Positions 10,824-24,043 are shown, counted from the stretch's first letter. The stretch: 64,000 bases of DNA from Eledone cirrhosa (GCA_964016885.1 OZ024757.1:11160001-11224000), one strand, 5' to 3'. Notes: generated by a model not told the origin, from the sequence alone. Numbers and translations are program-made.

Positions 10824-12700
10824 CATCATCATCATCAACGTTTAACGTCCGTGTTCCACGCTTGAATGGGTTTGGACGGGGGTTTTCCCACTTGAGGCAA
10901 GAGTGATTGTCTTGCTCGCATAGGACTGTCTGGCAGGTTTTCTACAGCTGGATGCCCTACCTAACACCAACCACATTTACAGTGTGGGGCTGGGAGGTTT
11001 TTACCGTGTTGCCTACACGGCCACATTACAGCGTGGACCGTGTGTTTTTTTTGTCGTGACACCTACACGATCTCATTTGTTTCGGCCTGGATGTTGTGGC
11101 ACCAACATAACTTTACATTGAAGGGGCGGTGTGGATGGGGTGGTTGTGGTGGGATGGGGTGGATTTTGTTAGAGATGCCTACTGGCTGTAGTAGGTTTTA
11201 CTTTGTATTTAGGTAAGGCGGGTCTTCTCTGTTACTGAGTACCGCCAAAGGTCTCGGTCCAGTGACATTGTCTTGGAGAGGTGTAAGTGTGTGAGGTCTG
11301 AATTTATCAGCTCGTCCCAGGTTTTTCTGGGTCTGCCTATTCCGTAGCTACCGTCTATCTTTATTGCCCTGCACTTTGTTATATAGCTGTCGTCTTTCAT
11401 GCGCATCACGTGACCATACCAACGTAGCCTTCTCTCGAGTAAACAACATCTGATCCCTCTTATTTCTAATTTTTTCTTTAGTTCACTTATGCTTTGCCGT
11501 TCACGTCTGTTACTATTACACATCCAGCGGAGCATGCAAGCTACGTTCCTCTCTAGTCTGCGTATATCTTCTGCACACAATGCCCAGGTCCCACTGCCAT
11601 GCAACATTGCTGTTCGTATGCAGGCATCATACAACCTGCCTTTCTTTCTTAGGGAGAACCCTTTAGCGGCTAATAGTGGTATAAGCTCTCTGAACTTTTT
11701 CCAACCAGTTCTGACTCTAGCTACTGTACTTTCAGAGCACCCTCCCCTACTGCTGATTTTGTCGCCCAGGTAACGGAAGCTGTCCACTATTTCTATAGAA
11801 CCCTCTGCGCAATTGAAAGAGCTAGTATTTTGTGGGCACTTGCTGCTACTTATTGCACCAGAGCACCGGCCACATGTAAAATCTATGTTCTTAGTTAGCT
11901 TACCTGTGATCCCACTACATCTTTTATGCACCCATACTTTGCATTTGGGACATAAAATATAGTTTCTACCTACGCCTTTCCTACACACTGAGCATGGCCA
12001 TTTCCCGGAAGGGACCGGCGCCTTATTTTCTTTCCTACAAACTAGAACTTTAGTCTTAGCCAGGTTAATTTTAAGGCCTTTTGATTCTAGGCCATGCTTC
12101 CATGTTTGGAATTTCTTCTCTAGCTCGGCCATTGATTCAGCTATGAGCGTTAGATCATCTGCGTATAGGAGTTCCCATGGGCAGCCGGTCTTGAACTCCT
12201 CTGTTATAGCCTGAAGGGCAATAATAAATAGTAGGGGGCTAAGAACAGAGCCCTGATGGACACCAACTTTTACGCTAAATTCTTCACTATATTCGTTGTT
12301 TATTCTAACCTTGCTGACTGTTTCTTTATACATGGCTTGTATAGCTCTCACAAGCCATTCGTCAACACCTAGTTTTCTAAGAGCCCACCAGATAATGGAA
12401 CGGGGGACTCTGTCGAAGGCTTTCTCCAAGTCAACAAAAGCTAAGTATAGGGGTTTACTTTTAGCTAGGTACTTCTCCTGTAGTTGTCGTACAATGAAAA
12501 GAGCGCCTGTGGTACTTTTGCCTGACACAAACCCGAACTGCATTTCATCTAGATCAATTCTCTCTCTGATTAGTTGCGCTATAACTTTTTACGTGACCTT
12601 CATGACCTGGTCGATTAATTTAATGCCTCTATAGTTACACCTATCTAGGGCATCTCCTTTACACTTGTAACAGTTAATGATGATGCTGCTACGCCAGTCC
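10824..12700 (-). mobile_element. RTE family A copy, 5'-truncated (RT + PHD-like finger, ORF 11209-12543)
   Basis: QFGF, AFVDLEKAFDRVP, GVHQGSVLSP and YADD motifs. 3' UTR and (GAT)n tail at 10824. Unit-1-specific. Confidence 0.92.
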
Positions 12701-12718
12701 TTATATATATATATATAC

Positions 12719-15559
12719 ACCTGATCACCTATAGATCCGGGGAACACACAAGCCAGGTAGATTATATCCTTACCAGAAGACGTGACAGATTGTTTGTCGT
12801 AAACACTAAATCCATCCCCCATGAAGAATGCACCTCCCAACATAGACTGATAATTAGCGACCTCATAGTCAGGACGAGACGTACTCGACAGCAGAAGAGG
12901 ACTATCCTCAGGAGAAAAATATGGAAGCTAAAGGACCCCACAACCAGAAATAAATTTCAAAGCATATTACTTGATGCTTTCGACAGTAAGGAAGAACATT
13001 TACAGTCGGACAATATAGAGGGACAGTGGGAATTTCTGAAAGCAAACCTGCTGATGGCGACAGACGAAGTCTGTGGCTGGAGCAGGCCTGTAGGCAGGAG
13101 GAGAGTAACATGGTGGTGGAACAGTAAAGTGGAGGGGTCAATTAAGGCCAAAAAGCAGGCTTGGAAAGTATGGTGGGATGGGGGAAGTAGAGAAGACTAT
13201 CAAGTGGCCAGGAGGGAAGCTAGGAGACAAGTGTACTTAGCAAGAAGGGAAGCAGAGGAAAGAAAGTTCAAGCATGTTCTACAACGTGAGGACCAAAAAC
13301 GTGAGGTGTTCAGGATTGCTAGGCAATGCGTCAAGGAAAACCGTGATATTGTCGGGGAGAAGTGTGTACTAAACGATGATGGCACACTTGCCATCACCGA
13401 CGCTGATAAGAAGGTAGCTTGGAAGTGTCACTATGAAAGGCTACTAAATGAGGAGAATAAATGGGAGAAAGACAGTCTCCCCCACATCGACCCAATAGAG
13501 GGACCAGCAGTGTTAGTCGAGGGGAGTATAATAAGTAAGGCAATCAAGGATATGTAGACGGGTAAGGCGGCTGGGCCTTCGGAAATAGTTGCTGAGATGC
13601 TGAAGGCATCTGGCACGGTGGGACACACCATGGTCACCCGCATAGTTAATCAAGTCGTACAGAATGGGGTTGTTCCGAAGGACTGGCATAGCAGCATCAT
13701 CGTTAACTGTTATAAGGGTAAAGGAGACGCCCTAGACAGGAGTAACTATAGAGGCATTAAATTAATCGACCAGGTCATGAAGGTCACGGAAAAAGTAATA
13801 GCGCAACTAATCAGAGAGAGAATTGACCTAGATGAAATGCAGTTCGGGTTTGTGTCAGGCAAAAGTACCACAGGCGCTCTTTTCATAGTACGACAACTAC
13901 AGGAGAAGTACCTAGCTAAAGGTAAACCCCTCTACTTAGCTTTTGTTGACTTGGAGAAAGCCTTCGACAGAGTCCTCCGCTCCATTATCTGGTGGGCTCT
14001 TAGAAAACTAGGCGTTGACGAATGGCTTGTGAGGGCTATACAAGCCATGTATAAAGAAACAGTCAGCAAGGTTAGAATTAACAACGAATATAGTGAAGAG
14101 TTTAGCGTAAAAGTTGGCGTCCATCGGGCTCTGTTCTCAGCCCCCTACTATTTATTATTGCCCTTCAGGCTATAACAGAGGAGTTCAAGACCGGCTGCCC
14201 ATGGGAACTCCTATACGTAGACGACCTGACACTCATAGCGGAATCAATGGCCGAGCTAGAGAAGAAATTCCAAACATGGAAGCACGGCCTAGAGTCAAAA
14301 GGACTTAAAATTAACCTGGCTAAGACTAAAGTTCTAGTTTGTAGGAAAAAAAACAAGGCGGCGGTCCCTTCTAGGAAATGGTCGTGCTCGGTGTGTAGGA
14401 AAGGCGTAGGTAGAAACTCCATTTTATGTCCTAAATGCAAAGTATGGGTGCATAAAAGATGTAGTGGGATCACAGGTAAGCTAACTAAGAACATAGATTT
14501 TACATGGGGCCGGTGTTCTGGTGCAATAAGTAGCAGCAAGTGCCCACAAAATACTAGCTCTTTCAATTGCGCAGAGGGTTCTATAGAAATAGTGGACAGC
14601 TTCCGTTACCTGGGCGATAAAATCAGCAGTGGGGGAGGGTGCTCTGAAAATACAGTAGCTAGAGTCAGAACTGGTTGGAAAAAGTTCAGAGAGCTTATAC
14701 CACTATTAGCGGCTAAAGGGTTCTCCCTAAAAATGAAAGGCAGGTTGTACGATGCCTGCATACGAACAGCAATGTTGCATGGCAGTGAGACCTGGGCATT
14801 GTGTGCAGAGGATATACGTAGACTAGAGAGGAACGAAGCTTGCATGCTCCGCTGGATGTGTAACAGTAATATACGTGAACAGCAAAGCATAAACGAACTA
14901 AGGAAAAAATTAGAGATAAGAGGGATCAGATGTGGTTTACTCGAGAGAAGGCTACGTTGGTATGGACACGTGATGCGCATGAAAGTCGATAGCTGTATAA
15001 CAAAGTGCAGGGCAATAAAGATAGACGGTAGCCACGGAATAGGCAGACCTAGAAAAACCTGGGACGAGCTGATAAACTCCGACCTCACACACTTACACCT
15101 CTCCAAGACAATGTCACTGGACCGAGACCTTTGGCGGTACTCAGTAACAGAGAAGACCCGCCTTACCTAAATATATAGTAAAACCTACTCCAGCCAGTAG
15201 GCATCTCTAACAAAATACACGCGTCCCACCACCCCCACCCCATCCACACCACCCCGTTCTATGTAAAGTTATGTTGGTGTCGCGCCATCCAGACCGAAAC
15301 AAATGAGATCGTGTAGGTGTCACGACAAAAAAACACACAGTCCACGCTGTAATGTGGCCATGTAGGCAACACGGTAAAAACCTCCCAGATCCACACTGTT
15401 AATGTGGTTGGTGTTAGGAAGGGCATCCAACTGTAGAAAACCTGCCAGACAGTCCTATGCGAGCAAGACAATCACTCTTGCCTCAAGTGGGACTACCCCC
15501 GTCCAAACCCATGTAAGCGTGGAACACGGATGTTAAACGTTGATGATGATGATGATGAT
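12719..15559 (+). mobile_element. RTE family A copy (end of APE domain through 3' tail), disrupted
   Basis: SQVDYIL..SQHRLIISD (APE end) followed by RT motifs. Stop at 13555 and frameshift near 14127. (GAT)n tail. Unit-1-specific. Confidence 0.92.
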
Positions 15560-15669
15560 ACTAGTATTCAAGATAACATTGTTAGAACTCATTGCAGCCT
15601 TGAAGAGATAGTTTCAACAAGATTGGGTGATGAAAGTTATAGTTTTTGTAGTAGGATCTCATCACATTA

Positions 15670-16045
15670 GTTTCCTTCAAAGATTCTTCTAGAGTTACAG
15701 TCATTTATATATATGTGTGTGTTTTGAACAATGAAAGTAAAACTAGAGACAAAGATATGTTCTTAATTAGTCCATTGTTTTACGATCATTTCAGAGGTTT
15801 GATTGATCATGGTAGATTGATATATTAACAAACAGGTAGTTGTTATGTCACTAACTATTTCTAGTCTCAAAATACCTGATCAATCACACCGTATCAATAT
15901 ATTGATTTACCATGATCAATCAACCCTCTGAAACGATTGTAAAACAATGAACCATATCTCAGACTTTTGTTTTATTTTCAATGTTCAAAATCCCGAAACA
16001 CACATATATAATTGACAATTTATTTGGAATAATTGATAAGACTTG
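15670..16045. mobile_element. MITE-like foldback element; ortholog ~30085-30460
   Basis: Inner arms 15774-15829 and 15894-15949 are near reverse complements. Outer arms (GTCA..ATATATGTGTGT..TTGAACA / TGTTCAA..ACACACATATAT..TGAC) also pair. Confidence 0.6.
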
Positions 16046-16329
16046 TGGCTAGAACAAAGTACCAGCCAGACAGAGGGAGACCTAGTGGTGAAACAGCACA
16101 GTCGATAGAGCTATTAACCCTGTAGCATTTACATTACTCTATATTTACTATTATATTTTCATGGTAAAGTCTTTATCTCACATAATATTGAATCTATGAG
16201 ACTTTGATATTACTTATTTTGAGGACAATACATTAACATCAATATGAGCAGCGAGTTACAGCCGGTTTGAACAGAAAGAAGTGAGAGAATTCTGGCTGGA
16301 TACGGCCAGTTTAAATGCAAAAGGGTTAA

Positions 16330-17610
16330 AAACAAGTGACAGGCATGGAAAGACTGGAAAAGAAGGGGCGTCAGACCAGGACCAGGTAGCTAAGAGAGAA
16401 GCTAGAAGACAGGTAATGATAACACAGAGAGAGGCTGAAAAAAAAAAATTTGCCAACGTATTGAGACATGAGAATCAGAGGTGTGAAGTGTTCCACATTG
16501 CAAGACAGGGAAAGGTGTGTTAGAAATGACATTGGTACACTTAGCACCACTGATGCTCAAAAGAAAGAGGCCTGGAAATGTTACTATGAGAGATTGATGA
16601 ATGTAGAGAATAAATTAAGAAGCAATCTTAGACTTTTGTTTTATGTTCATTGTTCAACACATACACATATAATTGACATTCTCTTTGGAATTACTGATGA
16701 AACTTGTTAGTGACACAACTACAAGAGAGGTTCCTAGATCTAGAAAAGGCCTTTGGCAGAGTACCTTACTCTGTTACCTGGTGGTCCTTCAGAAAATTAG
16801 GTGGAGAATGGCTTGTGAGAGCATTGCAAGCCATGTACAGAGGAGCTGTCTGTAAAGTGAGAGTAGGAAGGGAGTTTAGTGAAGAATTCAATGTACAGGT
16901 AGGTGTTCATCATGGTTCAGTTCACAACCCACTGCTGTTCTTCATAGTTCTCCAGGCCATAATCAATGGGTTTAAGACTGGCTGTTCACGGGAAACAGTC
17001 TACTGTGAATGATCTGGTCCTTATAGCTGCATCCATAAAAGAACTAGAGAATAAGTGACCCTACTGCGCATGTAGGAAAGAAGTAGGCATAAACTATACA
17101 CAATCATAGCTTCCGCTATCTAGGTAACCTAATTAGCAGTAGAGGAGGGTGCTTCGTAAGAGAGGATAGGATTGAAGTTTAGAGAGCTACTTCCACTGTT
17201 GGCAAATAAAGTTTTTCTCTACGTACAAAGATGTTGGCTGTACAATGCTTGTGTGTAAAGTGCAATACTGCATGGAAGTGAAACATGGGCAGTAACTGCA
17301 GAAGACATGGATAAGCTGGAGAGAAGTGGAGCAACCATGCTTCGTTGGATGTGCAACGTAAATGTGAGAGGAAGGCAGAGCTTGGATAAAATGAGGAAGA
17401 AATTGGTAATCACTGGTTAAAGAAGTGCACGGAAAATCAGAGAAGGGAAGCCATACTAGAGGGAGACGAGGGTAGATGTGGTGAGAGCTGATCTCAAATT
17501 GCTGAGACTCACAGATGACGAAGGAACAAGCGAGTGGGGAGATGTTGTGCTTAAAAGGACCCACCAGCCCATGCTAGGATTGAAAAACTGACCTAAAACT
17601 ATGATGATGT
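16330..17610 (+). mobile_element. Old, internally deleted RTE remnant; orthologs ~30870-32120 and ~45220-46497
   Basis: YQVAKREARRQV-like, DLEKAF.RVP and HGSETW remnants with many indels. Confidence 0.7.
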
Positions 17611-17669
17611 AGATGAAGTAAATTAAATCAAGATAGATTTAGTCTAAAACGAACAAAACTTCCCTGAAC

Positions 17670-17980
17670 CAACAAGGTACAACTAAGTATAAAATATATT
17701 TTATAATGTAACCACATAATTAAATAGACAGGCAATTTAAATAATAAATATATCTTTAATTTACTTAAAGCAATAACAAGGTACAGCTAAATATAAACTA
17801 TATTTTATAATGTAAGGTAGTGAACCACATAATTAAATAGACGAAGGTAATTTAAATAATAAAGATATCTTTAATTTACTTAAAGCAATGACAAGGTACA
17901 GCTAAATATAAACTATATTTTATAATGTAAGGTAGTGAACCACATAATTAAATAGACGCAGGTAATTTAAATAATAAAGA
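17670..17980. repeat. 115 bp AT-rich tandem repeat (3 copies)
   Basis: ACAAGGTACA recurs at 17672, 17776 and 17891. One copy at ~32126 and four at 46561, 46676, 46791 and 46906. Confidence 0.85.
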
Positions 17981-18115
17981 CAGTCATGATAACAATATAT
18001 TTTATATCACATGTAACAGTGGAATCTGGTTAATTACTGGATCGTTGTAGGCTTCACATAATTATATTATTTACACACATTAATATAGACATTGAATAAA
18101 TCTTTTTCAACTTAC

Positions 18116-18314
18116 CTCCTTCACATATAATCAATGTGTTGTGTTGTTAGTTTTTACTAAACAACCAAAGAAATAATCTCTTTGTTATCAAATTAGTAGT
18201 TTCAATGTTATCAGGTTTACTTCACGACATTAACGTTGGTGTATCTTCTTCATCTTTAATCATAAATTGATATCTTGTCAGAATGAAGTTGTGAGGCTGA
18301 CTTTATGTCTTTAG
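18116..18314 (-). other. Predicted non-coding 5' UTR exon 2 of ZNF gene 1
   Basis: Acceptor TTTCCTATCAAATCTGTAG| and consensus donor GAG|GTAAGT. The donor is conserved in units 2 (32353) and 3 (47131). Confidence 0.55.
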
Positions 18315-19109
18315 CTACAGATTTGATAGGAAATATATATATATAAGGTTGATATGTGGTCTAAAATATATATATTGTCTATAAATGACTGATAGCAGAT
18401 GTTCTGGTGAAATAGTAGTTTTACTACTACAGATTGTAATGGAACTCTTAGTAGACACAATTGTAAAGTAAGAATAGATATGACAGTGTAAGACTCATGT
18501 GGGGGAATTAAAATTGTGTATATATATATATATGTAGTTGTTACACAAGATATAATTAGGTTAAGAAGACAGCAGGTACTCGATGTCATTGGAAATAATT
18601 TAACTCCTTTACCGGTGTCATTAGTTAAAAGTCCCTGGTATAATTTAATACATTCAGACAGTTCCAATCGTATTTAATCGATAGTAAATGAAAAGGTGTC
18701 ACTCAGTAAAATATCAATTATATATCGACGTAGTGTCCGTGACTGCTAGAAATAGCAGTGAAATTATCCATTACAGACTTTTCTTTCTTTAAACTCTTAC
18801 GTTTAGTAGATGTTTGTGTTGAGAATGTGTGTATTTGTGTATTGTATGACGGAAGTCACCATTGAAGATGTTAAAAGAAATGTTGTGGAAAATAGCATCG
18901 TACGACTTTGTAATTGTTTATATATAATTTATTTACAGATTACAAAGGTTAGAAGAATGTCTCTTGAGAGGATAGTTAATGTTATCAATAAAAAGGTTAT
19001 AAAGATTTAAAGACGTACGGTCAACTGGCTGAGGCGTTAGCCAGACCTGTAGAGATATCTGTTGCTACATATTGTCTATGCTTGAGGAACGAAAGCAAGA
19101 GATGTTTAC

Positions 19110-19290
19110 CTTCACGGTGTCGAGCTGCAAGAAGAGAATTTCGAATCTCCGCTGGAATTTTTCCTTCTGGGCGGAGGTCGAGATACATTTTCCTACGCTG
19201 GTAGCGATTGGCTGAACTGAGCCAAACAACGCACAGAGAATGTATCCATGAGCCCTCGGAATGTAGGTCACTACGATACCCTCTATTTAG
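19110..19290 (-). promoter_or_regulatory. Predicted promoter and first exon of ZNF gene 1; ortholog ~33047-33225
   Basis: Locally CpG-rich non-TE sequence. Donor GAAG|GTAAAC at 19110. CAGCCAATCG (CCAAT box) at 19207-19211. ACTAC-type motifs at 19247-19281. Confidence 0.5.
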
Positions 19291-19399
19291 TCTGCAAAAC
19301 GATATATAAGATTGAATCAGCAGGAAAAATGCTTAAAGAGAGGACATCAATGAATATATATGTATATATATATGTATGTATATATCATATATATATATA

Positions 19400-20259
19400 C
19401 AGGTGTGGACGATATTTGGTCGCAATTTTCAACTGCTAATTTTATGCAAATTTTCTTTACTTCCATTGTCACTCTTGTCCTCATCAGAACAGTGACTATA
19501 TTTCCATTATATATTTTCAGAATAATTGATTATGAATAATTCTGAACCTCCAAATTTGTGGAAGAGACACGGAGTTCTTCTTGGAATCTCTGCCGGGAGG
19601 ACAAATAAGACCAGAAGATCAACTCCCAGAACAACAGGTGGCTCGCTGTCACATCCAAAGACATGCCCAGAGTCATGCAGATAAAGTTTCCACCGACAAC
19701 ATTGGTCTTAGGTGTCGTCATGCCACCTGACTGCTTCCCTGAGGGTCTCAAGCTGAACACCGATGGCTACATTCGCGTTCTCAACGAGGGAGTAAAGCCC
19801 TGAATCAACCAGGTAGCTGCAGGTAGGCTGTACATGTGGCACCAAGACTCAGCGCCCTGCCATACCAGCCGAAAGATCCAAGCCTGGCTGTCAGAGAACT
19901 TCGTCGACCTCACCTCCCATGACATCTGGCCTCCCAGCTAGCCTGACTGCAATCCTCTCAACTTCTTTGTGTGGGGCGCAGTGGAACGAGGCACCAACAG
20001 ATCCAGCTGCAATACGAAAGACGATCTGAAGGCCAGGATCACAAGTGCCTTTAGGGGCCTAAGTCAGGGGACAGTGACGAAGGCATGTAGCCGGTTTCGA
20101 GGCCGTCATCAAAGCCAATGGCAGGTTTATCAAGTGAGATTGAAAGAACAAGTCATGAAGACAAACTGACCCAAGTTTGATAAATAAATCTTAAAAAACA
20201 AAACTACTATTATTTTTTCCTAGACAGTAATCTTGCTAATAATTATCGTCCGCACCCTG
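19400..20259 (+). mobile_element. DD37D (maT-type) transposon remnant, copy 2
   Basis: Same TIRs and deletion as 388-1247, flanked by TA. Confidence 0.85.
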
Positions 20260-20322
20260 TATGTATATATATATATAATATATGATATATAATATATATA
20301 TATATATATATGTGTATATATA

Positions 20323-21798
20323 TAAAGGGGATAATCTGGAGAGGAGCAATTATAGGGGCATAAAACTGATGGATCGGGTTATGAAAGTGGCAGAAAGGAT
20401 ATTAGCCCAACTAATTAGAGAAAGGGTCAAACTAGATGAGATGCAGTTTGGTTTTGAGCCTGGGAAGAGTACAACAGATGCCCCCTTCTTGGTGAGACAA
20501 TTGCAAGAGAGGTTCTTAGAGAACAATAAGTCACTATACATAGCCTTTGTTGACCTAGAGAAGGCCTTTGATAGAGTACCCCAATCTGTCATCTGGTGGT
20601 CCATAAGGAAACTAGGTGTTGAGGAATGGCTTGTGAGGACAGTGCAAACTATGTACAGAGGTGCTGTCAGTAAAGTCAGGATAGGAATGGAGTTTAGTGA
20701 GGAATTTGAGATACAAGTAGGAGTACATCAAGGTTTGGTCCTCAGCCTGCTCTTGTTCATTATAGTCCTCCAAGCCATAACAAAGGAGTTTAAGACTGGC
20801 TGTGCATGGGAACTTCTCTATGCTGACAATCTGGTTCTTATAGCAGAATCAGAAGAGGAGCTAGAGAATAAATTCTGGCTATGGAAACAGCAGTTGGAAG
20901 CAAGAGGACTGAGAGTGAACCTGGCTAATACAAAAGTGTTGATGAGTAGAAAAGAGGACAAAACTCTGATTCCATCAGGGAAATGGCCATGTTCAATATG
21001 CAGAATAGGAACTGGCATAAATTCTATAAAATGCACACAATGTAGATCCTGGGTACACAAGAGATGTAGCGGGATAGCAGGCAAACTAACAGATAGGGAG
21101 AAATATGTATGCAGTAGATATACAGGGAAATTAGACAGTAGAAGTTGCATTGATAGACACATTTTTCAAATGCAGGAGGGCGCTATAGAAGTGGTGGATA
21201 GCTTCCGGTACCTAGGAGATCAGATTACCATGGGATGAGGGTGTTCCGAGGCCATAGTATCTAGTATAAGGACGGGTTGGAAGAAGTTTAGGGAGCTGCT
21301 TCCTCTGCTGAAAAAGAAGGATTTCTCCCTACGTACGAAAGGCCGGTTGTATGATGCCTGTGTGAGGAGCGCGATGCTCCATGGTAGTGAGACATGGGCA
21401 GCAACTGCAGAGGATATGCGATGGCTGGAGAGAAATGAGGCAAGCATGCTCTGTTGGATGTGCAGTGTAAATGTGCTTGAACAACCCAGCATAAATCTGT
21501 TGAGAGAGAAACTGTGTCTGAGAGGGATAGAATGTAGTGTACGGGAGAGGAGACTGAGGTGGTATGGACATGTGACCGATGGGTGAAGAAGTGCCAGGAA
21601 ATGCGAGTTGAAGGAAGACGTGGTAGAGGTAGACCACGAAAAACATGGGCGGAGGTGGTGAGAACAGACCTCAGATCATTGAAGCTCACGGTGGAGATGA
21701 CGAAGGACCGTGACGAGTGGAGAGATGCTGTGCTGAATAAGGCCCGTCCCACCCTTGCAAGCAGGGAAAAGCGAACGTAAAATGATGATGATGATGAT
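20323..21798 (+). mobile_element. RTE family B copy, 5'-truncated
   Basis: ORF 20282-21238 has RT motifs (YADN for YADD) and a Cys-rich finger. (GAT)n tail. Both ends abut (TA)n. Confidence 0.9.
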
Positions 21799-22145
21799 AT
21801 ATATATATATATATATATATCATCATCATCACTGTTTTACGTCCGTTCTTCTATGCATGCATGGGTTAGACGGGTTGTCCTGTTGTGGGCAGTGTCCGGT
21901 TGGCTGACCTTGTCTTGCTCATACGGGAACTGATTCTGCCTTGATTTCTACAGCTGGATGCCCTTCCTAACACCAACCTTATTTACAGTGAGAGCTGGGT
22001 ACTTTTCTTCCGTGGTGCCTACATGTCCACTTTATAGTGTGGGTTGATATATATATAATATATATATATATTATATATAATATATATATATAACATATAT
22101 ATATATATATATCATATAATATATATAACATATATATATATATAA

Positions 22146-22320
22146 TTGTTTCTACTTTTGGCACGAGGCCAGCAATTACCCAGTGCATTACTGGTACTTT
22201 ATTTTATCGACCCCGTAAGGATGAAAGGTAAAGTCAACCTCGGCGGGATTTGAACTCAGACCGTAAAGGGACGTAACTACGCCGGAAAGCATGGCGTCCG
22301 ACTCTCTACCGATACTGCCA
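22146..22320 (-). mobile_element. tRNA-derived SINE of a second family, unit-2-specific
   Basis: Minus strand TGGCAGTATCGGTAG (A box), GAGTTCAAATCC (B box), then a conserved-type core CCTTTCATCCTTACGGGGTCGATAAAATAAAGTACCAG. Inserted in (TA)n. Confidence 0.8.
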
Positions 22321-23469
22321 TATATATAATATAATATATATATCTATATATATCTGAGAGACAGACTGAGCATAAGAGGAATCAAATGCTCTGTGCAGGG
22401 GAGGCGGCTGCGTTGGTACTAGAGCACTAGAAGTCGATGGAAGCCGCGGACTGGGAAGACCCAAGATGAGGAGATAAAAGCCGACCTTAACCAATTACAC
22501 CTCTCAAAGGCAATAACACACGACCGTGACCTCTGGCGTCACGCAGTAAATACAGAGTACCTGACCTCCCATGGGTATAAGCTGAAGCATATAGACAATA
22601 TGCCCCCTCACCCCCCACTGCAAGGTGGTCGTGGAGGTGCCACGGCAAAAAAGCAACCAGCCCACACTGTAAAGTGGACGTGTAGGCGCCACGAAAAAGC
22701 ACCCAGCACTCACTGTAAATGAGGTTGGTGTTAGGAAGGGCATCCAGCTGTAGAAATCAAGCCAAATCAGTTCCTTTATGAGCAAGGAATGGTCAGCCGA
22801 CCAGACACTGCCCACAACAGGACAACCCGTCTAACCCATGCTAACGTAGAAGAACGGACGTAAAACAGTGATGATGATGATGATGATATCTAAAATAGAG
22901 AATGCCTAAAACTGAAGAACCACCTAACCGATTGTTTTCAAACTTTACACATGTAATATTTATAGTCCTGTGAGTGTTTTGAGGAGAAACATTTCAAATT
23001 TTCAATGACCTAGGGACCGCATTAGGCGATTTAGCGATCTCCGGGCCATTCGGCTAGTAATATATATATAATATATATGGCTTAGTGGTTAGAGCATTGG
23101 GCTTGTAATTGAAAGGTTGTGAGTTCAATTCTCGGACCGGGTGATGTGTTATGTCCTTGAGCAAGACACTTTATTTCACGTTGCTCCTTCTACCTGGAGT
23201 TGTGACCAATAGATAGTATTAGCAATTGGAAAGACCAATGGAAATATTGTTTCTTCGGTCAAATTTGACGAAAGTCGATCGACTGACGATATATGTTTAT
23301 ATATATATTATACATATATATATATATATATGTGTCACTTGCTGGATCTGCTAGAAGGACCCAGATAATATGAGATGTTCTCCCGGATGTATCATATACT
23401 GCAAATCTATGCAGATGTATACACATAAATATACAGACACATAAAGATACACAAGTAATTATACACACA

Positions 23470-23995
23470 TTGAAGTGGTTGATAGCTTCTGTGACTTAAT
23501 TAGCAGTGGAGGATGACTGTAGAACACCTGCTAATAAAATATGATGCTGCATGGTAGTGAAACAAGGGCTGTGACAGCAGAAAAAAAGTGTAGACTGGAG
23601 AGGAATGAAGCAACCATGATACATTGGATGTGCCATTTAAGTGTGAGAGAAAGGCAGAGCTTGGACAAGTTCAATAAGAAGCTGGGTTTAAGAGGGAACT
23701 TAAGAGATGTGTAAGAGAGAAGACTGCATTGGTACAAACATGTGATACACATGGATAATCACAGCTGGGTGAAGAAGTACCAGGACATCCCAGTAGAAGG
23801 AAGCCATAGTAGAGGTAGACCAAGAAAGACCTGGACAGAGGTTGTGTGAACTGACTTCAAATGACTGACTCCTACAGAGGAGATGACAAAGGAACACGAC
23901 AAGTTCAAAGATGCCATGTTGAGAAGGACATGTCCAACCCAAGGAAGCATGGAAAAACGAACATAAAAACAGTGATGATGTTGATGAAGATGACG
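23470..23995 (+). mobile_element. Old RTE 3' remnant; orthologs ~4930-5188 (truncated), ~38505-39025, ~50085-50705
   Basis: Decayed MLHGSET..RLERNEA..RGRPRKTW coding and a GAT-like tail. Confidence 0.65.
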
Positions 23996-24043
23996 TACAT
24001 ATACACACATACATAATAAATAAATCAAATACAGATATGCACA

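Noticed and set aside
10824-15559. Single LINE with twin-priming inversion, or a TIR transposon
   Set aside because: Both arms carry their own 3' UTR and tail, differ at many sites and are separated by a TA tract.
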